Source: an uncultured Marinoscillum sp.
GTDB lineage: Bacteria; Bacteroidota; Bacteroidia; Cytophagales; MED-G16
Length of the DNA: 64,000 nucleotides
Assembly: GCA_902529805.1 (NCBI GenBank)
Contig: CABZXU010000001.1
Location: 41,841-105,840, forward strand
Direction: 5' to 3'
The notes beneath the pieces are model-generated. The model saw nothing but the letters and a program-made list of their open reading frames with translations. It had not been told where the DNA came from and did no database searches. Every line of letters starts with the position of its first letter. The stretch's first letter is position 1. The translations under genes and the position numbers were made by a program. Shown here piece after piece: positions 34,931-46,000 of this stretch.

Positions 34931-37480
34931 TTAATTATAATTATTTAAAGCTTTATCTATTAGAATCTTAATGTGAGTTCTATGAGCGATAGAGGAAGTA
35001 TTTCCTGTAGGTTTTTTTAACCATTTAGCTATTTGTTTTAAATTATAAATCGCCATAGATTTTGCAGGAATCTTGTACCTTCCAGATGATTTACCATTAA
35101 TCATGCTTATTAGTCTTGTAACATAAACAGCTTGAAGATTTTGTCTGAATGTATTAATGTCAGATGTTAAATCATCTTTAAACATTGCATCGTTTAAATC
35201 AGTCATAAAAAGAGAAAGATTATATCTATTGCCATAAAGTTCAGAATCAATAATTCTCTGTAAAGTATTTGGGTGTAAAATATGAGCAAGTACTCTGGTT
35301 TGATAGCTTAGGACTTGATCATGAATTTTTGGATCTTCTGGTCCTGAGAAAAAGTCAAATCCTCTCCTTTGTTTTGCAAGAAGATTGTATAATTCATTAG
35401 GTGCACTAAATGCATCTGCTGAAAACACATAAGTTTTAAGAGCATTAAAAGCTCTCTTTTGGTCTCTAAGGTTTACAGGAGCATATGGCCTTCTACTACC
35501 TTCTTGACCAATAGTAGATCTATCAACATACACACCTCCAATAAATCTTGAAATCACATCTCCTGCTCGAGCTGCTTGAGAGTTTAATGTGTAATAAGCT
35601 CTTCTTAGATCCTCATATGTATTTCCATCAATACTAAATTTAGAAATAATTTTACCCATCATACTTTTTACAAGTTTAAATCTATCAATAGAATAACGAA
35701 TTTGATCATTTGATAAATCTCCTGTCATAACTCTTGGATCAATAGCTTTACCAGGAGACCTCATATCATCAGCATCATTACCAAATATTAACTCTGGCTC
35801 AGTAGATCTTGAAAGTAATGCGTCCATTTCAGAATCATTTTTAAATGGAGTATAACCAAACTGAATAGCCCAATCGTCATAAGGACCAACAGACATATCA
35901 TAAAATTGTCCTTGAGACGATCTAACTGGAGATAAATTGATACCTGCATAATCCATAACAGATCCAGTAAGTGCTTTTCCTTCAATAAAATCTGCATCAT
36001 AAAGTTGTGATGGAGAAAATAATTGACTTGCTTTCATATTATGATTAAGGCCAAGTGTATGTCCAACTTCGTGCATTATTAAAGATTTTAACCCTTCTTT
36101 TTCTATTCTATCTAAATCATATTCCGAAGCATCATCAAGTTCTAATAAAGTTTTACCAAACAACTGATTTTCATGCATAAGGTGACCCATCGAACAATAA
36201 AACTTATTTTTATTATTACCAAAATCAGAATAATCTTCTTCTTCTTCAAGGCTCATATTAGATGAAGCATCTCCAACTAATTTATCGTAAAATACCCTGT
36301 TTGTAAAATGAACAAATTCAAGCATAATATCAGCTCCAATAATTTCACCAGTTCTTGGGTTAGTCATACTTGGTCCATATCCACCAAAAGGAGGATTTGG
36401 AGAAGATGTCCATCTTAAAACATTGTACCTTACATCTCCAGCATCCCATTCTGCATCATCAGGTTGAACTTTTACAACCAATGCATTTTTAAAACCAGCC
36501 TTCTCAAAAGATTTATTCCACTCTAAAACACCATCTCGAATTGTTTCTCTCCATTCCATTGGAGTTGAATTTTCAATCCACCACGTTATAGGTTTTACTG
36601 GCTCAGATAAATCTTGATCTGGATTCTTCTTTTCTAGCCTCCATCTATTTATCATATCTCTGTAATTTGTTGTTCCAGTTTCTGTCATATCATTTACATA
36701 GTTTAAAAAATATCCAACTCTTGGATCATCATATCGAGGTTCATAACCTTCATCAGGCATACTCATTAAGGAATGAAATAATTGAATTGAAACATACCTG
36801 CCATCTGTTACAGCTTCTGATCCACTATTTAAAACATTGGGGTTTTTAAAAACATACTCCGTTTTTAAGTTTGTATTTTTGGGATAATTATTTATTTCTA
36901 AAATTTTTGATTTTCCTTTGTCAAAAGATCCTAAGCTAAATCTATTAGGAGATGCTCCTGGTCTTTTAGGAGGTTTTACCCTACTCAAAGTTTCTGAAAG
37001 AAATAGATTATTTACATTTATGAGAAAAGATCCCTTTTTTTTATCTTCAGCTAAAATTTTATTACTAGAAATAATAGCATGGCTCATATTAGCTTCCTGA
37101 GATCTAGATAGAGGATTATTTGGATCAAAATAAAAATTAGTATTAGGCGCAACCATTTCAATCTTATCAAAATATTTTTTTATGTGAAAAATTACATCTG
37201 ATCCATAAGCGCCTCTAAAGCTTCCGGCCTCAGTGACTCCATCAGCAATTTGTGAAAAATAAATATAATCTTGGTTTAATTGATCATTACCAATCTCCAT
37301 TTTTAATTCACCTGAAACAGTATCTTGATAAATTATGAATAAACCTTCAATTTTTTTAGAAGTTTTTGTTAATTCACTGATAGTTTTAATTTTCTTTGAT
37401 TTACCCTTATCTTTTTCCTTGTCTTGAGCAATTAAAATGAAAGTTGATAAAAAAGAGATTATTAGTAATAGTTTTTTCAT
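34931..37480 (-). CDS. Zinc-dependent metalloprotease (same EcxA-like family, second subtype)
   Basis: Signal peptide; DPRVGYF, NPRTGEI, HEVGHTLGLNHN, SVMDY. Confidence 0.92.
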   Translation of the reverse strand: MKKLLLIISFLSTFILIAQDKEKDKGKSKKIKTISELTKTSKKIEGLFIIYQDTVSGELKMEIGNDQLNQDYIYFSQIADGVTEAGSFRGAYGSDVIFHIKKYFDKIEMVAPNTNFYFDPNNPLSRSQEANMSHAIISSNKILAEDKKKGSFLINVNNLFLSETLSRVKPPKRPGASPNRFSLGSFDKGKSKILEINNYPKNTNLKTEYVFKNPNVLNSGSEAVTDGRYVSIQLFHSLMSMPDEGYEPRYDDPRVGYFLNYVNDMTETGTTNYRDMINRWRLEKKNPDQDLSEPVKPITWWIENSTPMEWRETIRDGVLEWNKSFEKAGFKNALVVKVQPDDAEWDAGDVRYNVLRWTSSPNPPFGGYGPSMTNPRTGEIIGADIMLEFVHFTNRVFYDKLVGDASSNMSLEEEEDYSDFGNNKNKFYCSMGHLMHENQLFGKTLLELDDASEYDLDRIEKEGLKSLIMHEVGHTLGLNHNMKASQLFSPSQLYDADFIEGKALTGSVMDYAGINLSPVRSSQGQFYDMSVGPYDDWAIQFGYTPFKNDSEMDALLSRSTEPELIFGNDADDMRSPGKAIDPRVMTGDLSNDQIRYSIDRFKLVKSMMGKIISKFSIDGNTYEDLRRAYYTLNSQAARAGDVISRFIGGVYVDRSTIGQEGSRRPYAPVNLRDQKRAFNALKTYVFSADAFSAPNELYNLLAKQRRGFDFFSGPEDPKIHDQVLSYQTRVLAHILHPNTLQRIIDSELYGNRYNLSLFMTDLNDAMFKDDLTSDINTFRQNLQAVYVTRLISMINGKSSGRYKIPAKSMAIYNLKQIAKWLKKPTGNTSSIAHRTHIKILIDKALNNYN

Positions 37481-37548
37481 AATTGAGTTGTTTGTTTTAA
37501 AGGGATAGTAATATTAAATAATTTTTTATAAAAAAAAATTTAATACGA

Positions 37549-38013
37549 TCACAAAATTCTTCTTATTGCTCTTATTCTTTTCAGGTAATATTCTCTATTT
37601 AATTTTGTTTCAATAACACCTTTACTAGAAGATGCATGAATAAAATCAATTTTTTCATTGGATTTAATATCAGAAATTAACCCAACATGAGTTACTTTCT
37701 TTTTTTTCTTACCAAATGCAAAAAAAACTAAATCTCCTTTTTTTGATTTTTTTAATTTTACTTTCTTTCCTAAATAAACTTGTTCAGATGTAGTTCTTGG
37801 AATATTTAAATCAATAGATTGAAAAGATCTTACAAGTAACCCAGAACAGTCCATACCCTTTGATGAAGTACCACCCCATTTGTATGGAGTACCTATATAG
37901 GTTCTAGCTTTATTTATAACTGTCTGAATTGAGCTCTCATTTGCAAGTTTCTTTGTAGAAATACAACTTGATAATGAGATGATAAATATTACTATATATA
38001 ATAAATTTTTCAT
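37549..38013 (-). CDS. NlpC/P60 (C40) peptidase lipoprotein
   Basis: Lipobox LSSC; YIGTPYKWGG, DCSG, GDLVFF, HVG, FIHASSS. Confidence 0.93.
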   Translation of the reverse strand: MKNLLYIVIFIISLSSCISTKKLANESSIQTVINKARTYIGTPYKWGGTSSKGMDCSGLLVRSFQSIDLNIPRTTSEQVYLGKKVKLKKSKKGDLVFFAFGKKKKKVTHVGLISDIKSNEKIDFIHASSSKGVIETKLNREYYLKRIRAIRRIL

Positions 38014-38786
38014 TACTTTTTAAGTATACAAAATAAATCTAAATTATCTTTTTGATCTTTGTTTAAATAATAATCTTTTTCAGAAATTGAAGAAACTAAG
38101 CTATCATTATTGTTTTCCAATTTATTTCTATTTATTCTATTTAATATTTCATAGGGTATTTTATATAGAAAAGAAGGGAGATTTTTTTCCAAATTAAAAA
38201 TATCTAAATTTTTGAATTTCTGGACAGATTTTTTATTAGCAGAATAATAACTTATAATCTTTTCATTACCAGCAATACCTTTAATTTCAAAATCACTAAA
38301 AGAATCTGATAAAATAGATCTCAATGATTGAGATGTATATTCACGAATGTGCCATGGATTTCTAGTTAACGTCATCAAAATATTTGGAGTAGTAATTAAA
38401 GCTTTGCCACCTTTTTTTAAAAGTCTATATATTTCCTTGATAAAAAGTTTATCATTTTTTATATGCTCTATGACTTGAAATGAAATTATCGTATCAAATG
38501 AATTATCATCAAAAATATTTAGAGGAGGAAAAGATGAAGTAATAAATTTATTAGGAGGATATTTTTCTTTAAGATTATTAATAACAGAATCAATTTTATC
38601 GACAGCAGTAAATGTTTTAGCTTTTTGATTTATCAAATCAATTCCTCTACCTTCACCACACCCTAATTCTAAAACGTCACCACTAATAAAAGGAAGGGAT
38701 TCAATGTAAGCCTTATATAATCTTTGATGTATTGGATTATCAGAGGATATTTTTTCAGAAGTTATTTCAGTAGTAAATATTGACAT
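38013..38786 (-). CDS. Class I SAM-dependent methyltransferase
   Basis: Likely start MSIFTTE; VLELGCGEGRG, SFQVIEH, ITTPN, NPWHIREY. Confidence 0.9.
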   Translation of the reverse strand: MSIFTTEITSEKISSDNPIHQRLYKAYIESLPFISGDVLELGCGEGRGIDLINQKAKTFTAVDKIDSVINNLKEKYPPNKFITSSFPPLNIFDDNSFDTIISFQVIEHIKNDKLFIKEIYRLLKKGGKALITTPNILMTLTRNPWHIREYTSQSLRSILSDSFSDFEIKGIAGNEKIISYYSANKKSVQKFKNLDIFNLEKNLPSFLYKIPYEILNRINRNKLENNNDSLVSSISEKDYYLNKDQKDNLDLFCILKK

Positions 38787-38853
38787 TTTTGTAAAATTAA
38801 TAAGTATATTATTTGACGATATAAATTTAGTCAAATAATATTTTTATATAACG

Positions 38854-39591
38854 ATGAAAAAAAAAGATATAATATTTGGAACAAGACCAGTTTTAGAAGC
38901 AATTAAATCAAATAAAAATATTGAAAGAATTTTTATTCAAAAAAATACTAACAAGGATATTATTGAAGAAATAAAAATTTTAGGAAAAAAGTTAAAATTA
39001 AATATTTCATTAGTTCCAAAAGAAAAATTAAATAGAATAACAAGGAAAAATCATCAAGGTATAATTTGCTATATCAGCCCAATATCTTATCAACCTATAG
39101 ATGAGATTGTATTACGATGTTATGAAAAAGGTAAAGACCCAATTATTATTATTTTAGATAAAATTACAGATACGAGAAACCTTGGATCAATTTCAAGAGT
39201 TGCAGAAGCTGTAAAAGTAGATGCTATAGTAATACCAAAAAAAGGAGCTGCACTTATAACCTCTGATGCAATTAAAACTTCTGCAGGTGCTTTAAACTAT
39301 GTGCCAGTCTGTAAGGTTGAAAGTTTAAATTATGTTTGTAAACTTCTAAAAAAAAGTGGTTTAAAAATTATTTCTTGTACAGAAAAGGGTGAAGAATTAG
39401 TTTATAATTTAGATTATAGTTGCCCTGTAGCAGTCATATTTGGATCGGAAAAAAATGGAATATCGCAAAGTTTACTAGAATTAAGTGATCACAAAATTAA
39501 AATACCAATGTATGGAAAGATAGATTCATTAAACGTTTCAAATAGTACATCAGTTATATTATATGAAATAATTAGACAAAGACTATTTTGA
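38854..39591 (+). CDS. rlmB: 23S rRNA Gm2251 methyltransferase
   Basis: NHQGI, LDKITDTRNLGSI.R, KTSAGA, GSEKNGI, IPM.G...SLNVS. Confidence 0.92.
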   Translation: MKKKDIIFGTRPVLEAIKSNKNIERIFIQKNTNKDIIEEIKILGKKLKLNISLVPKEKLNRITRKNHQGIICYISPISYQPIDEIVLRCYEKGKDPIIIILDKITDTRNLGSISRVAEAVKVDAIVIPKKGAALITSDAIKTSAGALNYVPVCKVESLNYVCKLLKKSGLKIISCTEKGEELVYNLDYSCPVAVIFGSEKNGISQSLLELSDHKIKIPMYGKIDSLNVSNSTSVILYEIIRQRLF

Positions 39592-39987
39592 TTTTAGACC
39601 AGTATAATTTGAGCTACTTCTTATTTTTTTTCCTATTCCATCTATTATTTTAATACCTAACTTATTACAAATTTTTGATTCAGGAATTTCCTTATTCTTT
39701 CTATCTCCTCCATTAGCAAAAATATCTGGTTTAACCAATTCAATAGATTTACAAACAGAACCATCTTTATCAACTGATATGATTGCATCATCTACCCAAA
39801 TAATTGATTTTACAATTTCAAGTCTATCTGATTCATTCATAAATGATTTGCCTTTTTTTAATTTGGATTGAAAATCATTATTTACAATTACAACCAAACT
39901 ATCTCCAAGTTTTTTAGAAAGCTTAATGTATTCAAGATGACCAACATGAAGAGGGTCGAAATAACCGCTAATAGCAACTAATTTCAT
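39583..39987 (-). CDS. Cytidyltransferase-like (HxGH) nucleotidyltransferase
   Basis: Likely start MKLVAISGYFDPLHVGH; VIVNND, FANGGDR, PE, SSS. Confidence 0.85.
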   Translation of the reverse strand: MKLVAISGYFDPLHVGHLEYIKLSKKLGDSLVVIVNNDFQSKLKKGKSFMNESDRLEIVKSIIWVDDAIISVDKDGSVCKSIELVKPDIFANGGDRKNKEIPESKICNKLGIKIIDGIGKKIRSSSNYTGLKSK

Positions 39988-40051
39988 GATAAAAATATAT
40001 TTAATATAAAATAAAAGTATTAAGATAATTGTTATTATCTTAATTAATGAT

Positions 40052-41329
40052 ATGAATATCTTAATATTAGGTTCTGGAGGAAGAGAACACACGTTTGCTT
40101 GGAAAATTTCTCAAAGCCCTTTATGTAAAAAATTATTTATTGCTCCAGGAAATGGAGGAACTAGTAGATATGGAGAAAATATTTATGTAGACATAAATAA
40201 TTTTGATGAAATTAAAAATTTAGTAATTGACAATAAAATTGATTTTGTATTAGTAGGTCCAGAAGACCCTCTAGTTAACGGAATAGTCGATTATTTTGAA
40301 CAGTCATATGAACTTAAAAATGTTAAAATTTTTGGACCAAATAAATTAGGAGCTCAATTAGAAGGAAGCAAATCATTTTCAAAATCATTTATGAAAAGAC
40401 ATAATATACCATCAGCCAAATTCAAATCATTTAATTTAAATGAAGTTGATGAAGGAATTAAATTTTTAAGAAATTCATCTCCACCATTTGTTTTAAAAGC
40501 AGATGGATTGGCTGCAGGTAAAGGAGTAATAATTTCTAAAGATCTTGAATCCGCTGAAAATTCATTTAAAAATATGCTAATCAATAAACAATTTGGTGAA
40601 GCAAGTAAAAAAGTACTTATTGAAGAATTTTTATCTGGAATTGAAATTTCATGTTTTATTATTACTGATGGAGAAAACTATATCTCATTACCTGAAGCTA
40701 AAGATTATAAAAGAATTGGAGAAAATGATACAGGATTAAATACTGGTGGGATGGGAGCCGTTTCTCCTGTAAATTTTTATGATGAAGAATTTGAAAAAAA
40801 AGTTGAAAATAGAATTATTAAAAGAACAATTCAGGGACTAAAAAAAGATAATATACCATTTAAGGGTTTTTTATTTATTGGACTAATGAATGTAAATGGA
40901 GATCCTTTTGTAATTGAATATAATGTAAGAATGGGAGATCCTGAAACTCAAGTTGTTATTCCAAGAATCAAAAATGATTTTTTAAAAGTTTTACTTTCAT
41001 GCATTGACATAGATTTAAAAAACACAAAAATTAATATAGATAGAAAAACTACATCTACTGTAATTTTAACATCTAAAGGATATCCTGAAAAATATAAAAA
41101 AGGGTTTAAAATATCTGGTTTAAAAGAAATCAAAAACTCAATCATATTTCATGCAGGAACTACAGAAGAAGAAGAAAACATACTTTCAAATGGAGGAAGA
41201 GTAATAGCATGTACAGGTGTTGGTAAGAATATATCAGAATCATTACAAGTTTCATATGAATTAGCAAGAAAAATAGATTGGGAAGGTAAATATTATAGAA
41301 AAGATATTGGTAAAGATTTAATGAAATAA
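40052..41329 (+). CDS. purD: Phosphoribosylamine--glycine ligase
   Basis: GSGGREH, APGNGG, VGPE, LEGSK, KADGLAAGKGV, NTGGMG, EYNVRMGDPE, FHAGT. Confidence 0.97.
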   Translation: MNILILGSGGREHTFAWKISQSPLCKKLFIAPGNGGTSRYGENIYVDINNFDEIKNLVIDNKIDFVLVGPEDPLVNGIVDYFEQSYELKNVKIFGPNKLGAQLEGSKSFSKSFMKRHNIPSAKFKSFNLNEVDEGIKFLRNSSPPFVLKADGLAAGKGVIISKDLESAENSFKNMLINKQFGEASKKVLIEEFLSGIEISCFIITDGENYISLPEAKDYKRIGENDTGLNTGGMGAVSPVNFYDEEFEKKVENRIIKRTIQGLKKDNIPFKGFLFIGLMNVNGDPFVIEYNVRMGDPETQVVIPRIKNDFLKVLLSCIDIDLKNTKINIDRKTTSTVILTSKGYPEKYKKGFKISGLKEIKNSIIFHAGTTEEEENILSNGGRVIACTGVGKNISESLQVSYELARKIDWEGKYYRKDIGKDLMK

Positions 41330-41333
41330 AAGG

Positions 41334-41801
41334 ATGAAAGTTAATTTAATAAGCTGCCTAATTCTTTTTTTTATTATAAGTTCTTGTAATCAAAATAAAA
41401 TAATTCATAAATTCTTAGATTTTGATGACAATGGGTGGAATTCAGAATTTTCTTGTACTTATCGTTTTTCAACTGAAGATATTGATCATAATGCTAATAT
41501 TTCATTAAGCATAAGATATGATATTGAATATCCTTATCAGAACTTTTATTATAGTTATCATATTTTAGATTCAATAGACACTATTTCTAAAAAAGAATTA
41601 AATGAAATGATTCTTTTTGATGAAAAAAATGGAAAGCCAATAGGAAATGGAATTAGCAAAACTTTCATTTTAGAAGAAAAAATTATTGAAAATCTTTTCT
41701 TAAAAAGAAATTCATCATTTTCGATTCATATTTATCAAATGATGAGAGAGGAAAACCTATTAGGAATTAAATCGGTTGGGGTTTTAGTTGAAAAAAATTA
41801 A
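41334..41801 (+). CDS. gldH: Gliding motility lipoprotein GldH
   Basis: Lipobox SSC; W, YPYQN, GKPIGNG, QMMR...L.GI..VG. Confidence 0.85.
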   Translation: MKVNLISCLILFFIISSCNQNKIIHKFLDFDDNGWNSEFSCTYRFSTEDIDHNANISLSIRYDIEYPYQNFYYSYHILDSIDTISKKELNEMILFDEKNGKPIGNGISKTFILEEKIIENLFLKRNSSFSIHIYQMMREENLLGIKSVGVLVEKN

Positions 41802-43027
41802 TCTTCATTTCCGTCTTCTTCTATTTTATCAAATAAAAATGCAACAGAAAATCTCATTGTTTCTGCTAAAGGATGGTTTTGTTCAACAGTAGAAATATAT
41901 GAAAAATCAACAGAAAAATTATTATAAATTATTCCAGCTCCCATTGTAATAAATTTTCTAGCACCTTTATCATTATTTTCATGAAAATAACCAGCCCTTA
42001 AAGCAAGTAGATCTTTATATAAATATTCTAATCCTGATGATATAGTAATTTCATTTAGTTCTTCTCGAAATCCATTTGGAGCATCAGAAAAAGAAGAAAA
42101 AATACCACTTAATACAGATCTATTTGGATCTTTTCCTTTCAATATTTTTGGCTTATTAGTAATTGGGTCAATAATATAATCACCCTGATCATCCGTTTCA
42201 TAAATGGGAGGTGAAGGAACTAATAATTTATTAAAGTCCAAAGCAAATGTTAATGAATTGTATTGATCAAAATATGTTTTTAATGAGCTTCCAACTCTAA
42301 AATTAACTGGAATAAAATCAAGGTTTGAAACACTTCCGTATGTAATCTTACCTCCAATATTTGAAATATGAGATCCAAAAGAAATAATTGACTCCTTACC
42401 ATTAATTGTTATATCATTTTTATAATAAAAACCAATATCAACTGAAAAACTAGATCCAGATTTAGCATCTGAATAACCAGATATACTTCCTGATAAATTT
42501 GACCATATATATCTAAATGTACTTCCAATACCTAAGTTTTCAGTTAGTCTTCTAGAATAAGTAATTGAACTACTTAATTCTTTTGGGTTCTCAATACCAA
42601 GTGATAAACCCTGATTATCAGTAAGCTGTATCTCACCTAAATCAAAATATTTTAAATTTAAACCAAAAGACTGAATATCATCTAATTTGTAATATCCAGA
42701 CAAATAGGAAATAGACATATCATCAACAATATTTCCTAGCCATGGAACATAAGAAACAGAGAAACCGTAATCTTTTTCTAAAAATGATAATTTAGCATTA
42801 TTCCAGTGTACAGAATTTATATCCGGAGATGTAGCTACCCCTGTCTCACCCATTGCAGCACTTCTTGAATCTGGTGAAATTAAAAGAAAAGGAACAGCAG
42901 TAATAATGGGTCTTCTTGAAGTATCTTGACCAGATAAAATAGAAGATGAACCTTGAGAAAATATAGAAATTGATTCTATACTAAAAAAAGTAAAAATGAA
43001 TAATAAATTTATTATAAATAATTTCAT
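41798..43027 (-). CDS. porV: T9SS outer-membrane shuttle PorV
   Basis: ITAVPFLLISPDSRSAAMGE, SYVPWL, KLLVPSPP, SFSDAP, RAGYFHE, NHPLAETMRFS; follows porU. Confidence 0.95.
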   Translation of the reverse strand: MKLFIINLLFIFTFFSIESISIFSQGSSSILSGQDTSRRPIITAVPFLLISPDSRSAAMGETGVATSPDINSVHWNNAKLSFLEKDYGFSVSYVPWLGNIVDDMSISYLSGYYKLDDIQSFGLNLKYFDLGEIQLTDNQGLSLGIENPKELSSSITYSRRLTENLGIGSTFRYIWSNLSGSISGYSDAKSGSSFSVDIGFYYKNDITINGKESIISFGSHISNIGGKITYGSVSNLDFIPVNFRVGSSLKTYFDQYNSLTFALDFNKLLVPSPPIYETDDQGDYIIDPITNKPKILKGKDPNRSVLSGIFSSFSDAPNGFREELNEITISSGLEYLYKDLLALRAGYFHENNDKGARKFITMGAGIIYNNFSVDFSYISTVEQNHPLAETMRFSVAFLFDKIEEDGNED

Positions 43028-43028
43028 G

Positions 43029-46000
43029 TTATAAATTTCTCTTTATAATTTTTTTATAAAATTGATTTTTTGCTCCATCAAATAAACTTTTAACTTGCAA
43101 TTTATAAATATATATTCCATCAGAAACTATTTGTTGATTTGAATTTTTCCCATTCCATAAAATACCTTTTACAAGTTTATTTGAGTTTTCAATAATTTCA
43201 TATTTATTAAAAATAACTTTTCCATTTAAATTAATAATTTCAATTGAAACTTCAAGATCTTCTTCTTCCCTATCATGTTCAAATCTAAATGACGTTGATT
43301 CCGAAAAAGGATTTGGATAATTCATGACATTATTTATTCTTATATTTAAATCATTTGTAACAATAAATAGAACTGATTCTTTACCTATATTATTGTAAGT
43401 ATCGTAAACTTTTATTTCAAGCTTATGTTTACCAAAAGCTAAATTTTCAATAGGATAAATTATAGTCCCTCTTTTGAAATCATCCTTAAGAGATCTAAAA
43501 TAATCATTTAAAACAAAATCAATACTATCATCTAAAGTTGCAACTATATTATTAGAATAATCTGAATTATAAATGTTAATACCATTTTCATCATATAGAT
43601 CAATTATAAGTAATGCATTTGAGCCTATATTATCTTCTGACTTAAATTTTCTATCATTAAAATAAATATTAATATTAGGTGGATTTTCATCCCCAGAGAA
43701 ATTCTTCGAAGTTCCTCCTATACTAAAGTCAATATTAGAACCATTCGCATCTATTTGATTAATACTATCTATTGCATACATAGTAATTTTAGCTTTACCA
43801 AAATTATATTCAATATTTTTTGGCACTACAAATTCAAAATTAAAATTACCATTATTAACAGTTGATGAACCTCTAAATATAGATTTATCCCACTCTCTAA
43901 AATAAAAAGGGTCACTTTCATCCCCTAAGGTTTCCTTATCAGATAATTTATCAAAAAAATCAATAAATACTTCTCCATTAAAATTCTCAACTTTTTTTCC
44001 ATTAGTATTTATTTCTCCTTTAAAAGAATATTTTTCCAAAGCGCGTAGAGTATCTAGTGAAAGACTATCTGGTATATTTAACTCGATATCTAATTTTGGA
44101 TAATTTAGAATCATAGAAGGGTCACCCAAAAGAGAAAAATTTCTATTGATGGGGCCACTTAAACTATTATTCTTTGTGATTTTAAATATATCACCTAATC
44201 TTAGAAAATTATTATTTTCTTTTTTAAATACATTTTTATAAAACTGATCATTTAATAAAAAATTCGTTTGAGAAAAGACAGGTCTAGTAGTAGTAAATAA
44301 TGCTATTGAACCACCATCTCCTTTTTTAATCATTAGTTCACCACCAGAAGTAATCAAAGGATTATCAAATTTTCCAAATTCACAAGTTGCTGAAACCAAA
44401 AGAGGAATTTTGGATCTATTTGTCCAATTATCAATTGAATTTTCATCTAAAATTCTCTCTTCTGCCCATAAAAACTCATTTCCGTGGCCTATATAATTTA
44501 TTATTAAACTACCTTGTCGAATAGCCTCATTTAACCTTTTATTCCCATCTATTGACTTTTTAACACCTCCAACTAATTCCTGTTTATAGTAATCTATAAA
44601 TATTTTCTTTATATTAAACTGAGGATTATTTGAATCAACTAAATCAAAATGTTTTTCAGCATTAATTTGGTGAATATTATAGTCACCATCATCTGCAATT
44701 AAGTATATATCATTTTTCCAATTTCCAAAATCATTATTTGTACTATATCTTATCAATTTGTCTATAACTAATTTTGAATCCAAATTATTATTTACTGGAA
44801 TTCTTCCTATTCCAACATCTAAATTATGGTCACCTAAAACATTTTCAGACCATAAACCTTCATCATCTTCCAAAAATCCAAAAAAATCGTCTGATGAATA
44901 ACTATAAATATTATTTGTAGAATTTCTTGATTGATAAGTAGGTACATAATTTGTATTATTAGAAATTCTATCTTTATAATCATATGAAGCATCTCCAAAT
45001 AATAAAACATATTTTAATTTTTTAGAAGATTTATCATATAAATATTTTATATAATTACGAATAGACGAAATATCTGGAACAGATGATGAAAATTGAAGGT
45101 ATATTTCATTTACAGTAACAACTTTTGAATTTATTTTATCATTAAGAATTCTAAAATTTGCTAATCTGTTTGCATCAAAAAGGAACAAATCATCTGTAAT
45201 AATTAATAATTCCACATTTGTGTCTGATAAAATATTTTTTATTCTAGTTTTAGTATTACTATCAAAAGCATAATTATGTGAGCTAGGAATCAATAAATCA
45301 TTATAAGTAAATATTATATATTCTTGAAATTTATTTGAATTAACATTAAAAGTATTTTTTCCTATATCATTATTATATAATTGATCATTTACATGATATG
45401 GATCTGTTATATTCCAAATTTTTAAATTCTCTAAATCTGTTGATATATTAAATTGTATTTTATCATAATCAATTCCACTTAAATTATTAAAAAAATTTTG
45501 ACCTGAATCATAGATAAGTTTACTATTATAATTTATAATTATATAATCTAAATAAGCTAATGATTTCGATGTCCCTGAATAATCGATTGAAAGGCTTAAG
45601 TTTTGTATGTCACTAGGTTTTATTTCAAATGTATCTAATGAAAAAATAACTTTTTCTCCATATAAATCTTCATTGATTTTTTCAAGGTTTAATTCAGCAA
45701 CCTTAGTATTATTCACAGAAATTTCAAATTTAGAATTATCTGTTGACCTGGATAAAGCCTTTAATATTATAGAAACATTATCATCATATAGATTAGGTGA
45801 AGAAATATTAATTTTTTTTGAATCTCCATTAACAAATAATTGGCCTACCCATTCTCTTCCTGATTGAAGAATATTATTTAAATCATTTTCATAAATAAAT
45901 GTTTGTGAAGAAAAATCAATAATATTTAAATAATCTTCTATTGAAATATTAGATTCTATTCTTTTACCTTCTTTCTGATTAAATGTCAATAAATAAAATG

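Noticed and set aside
32421..40092. ORF-track N-terminal extensions (32421, 38834, 40092; also 17853 and 54065)
   Set aside because: Downstream ATGs give family-typical N-termini or signal peptides and avoid overlaps with neighbouring genes or promoter regions.
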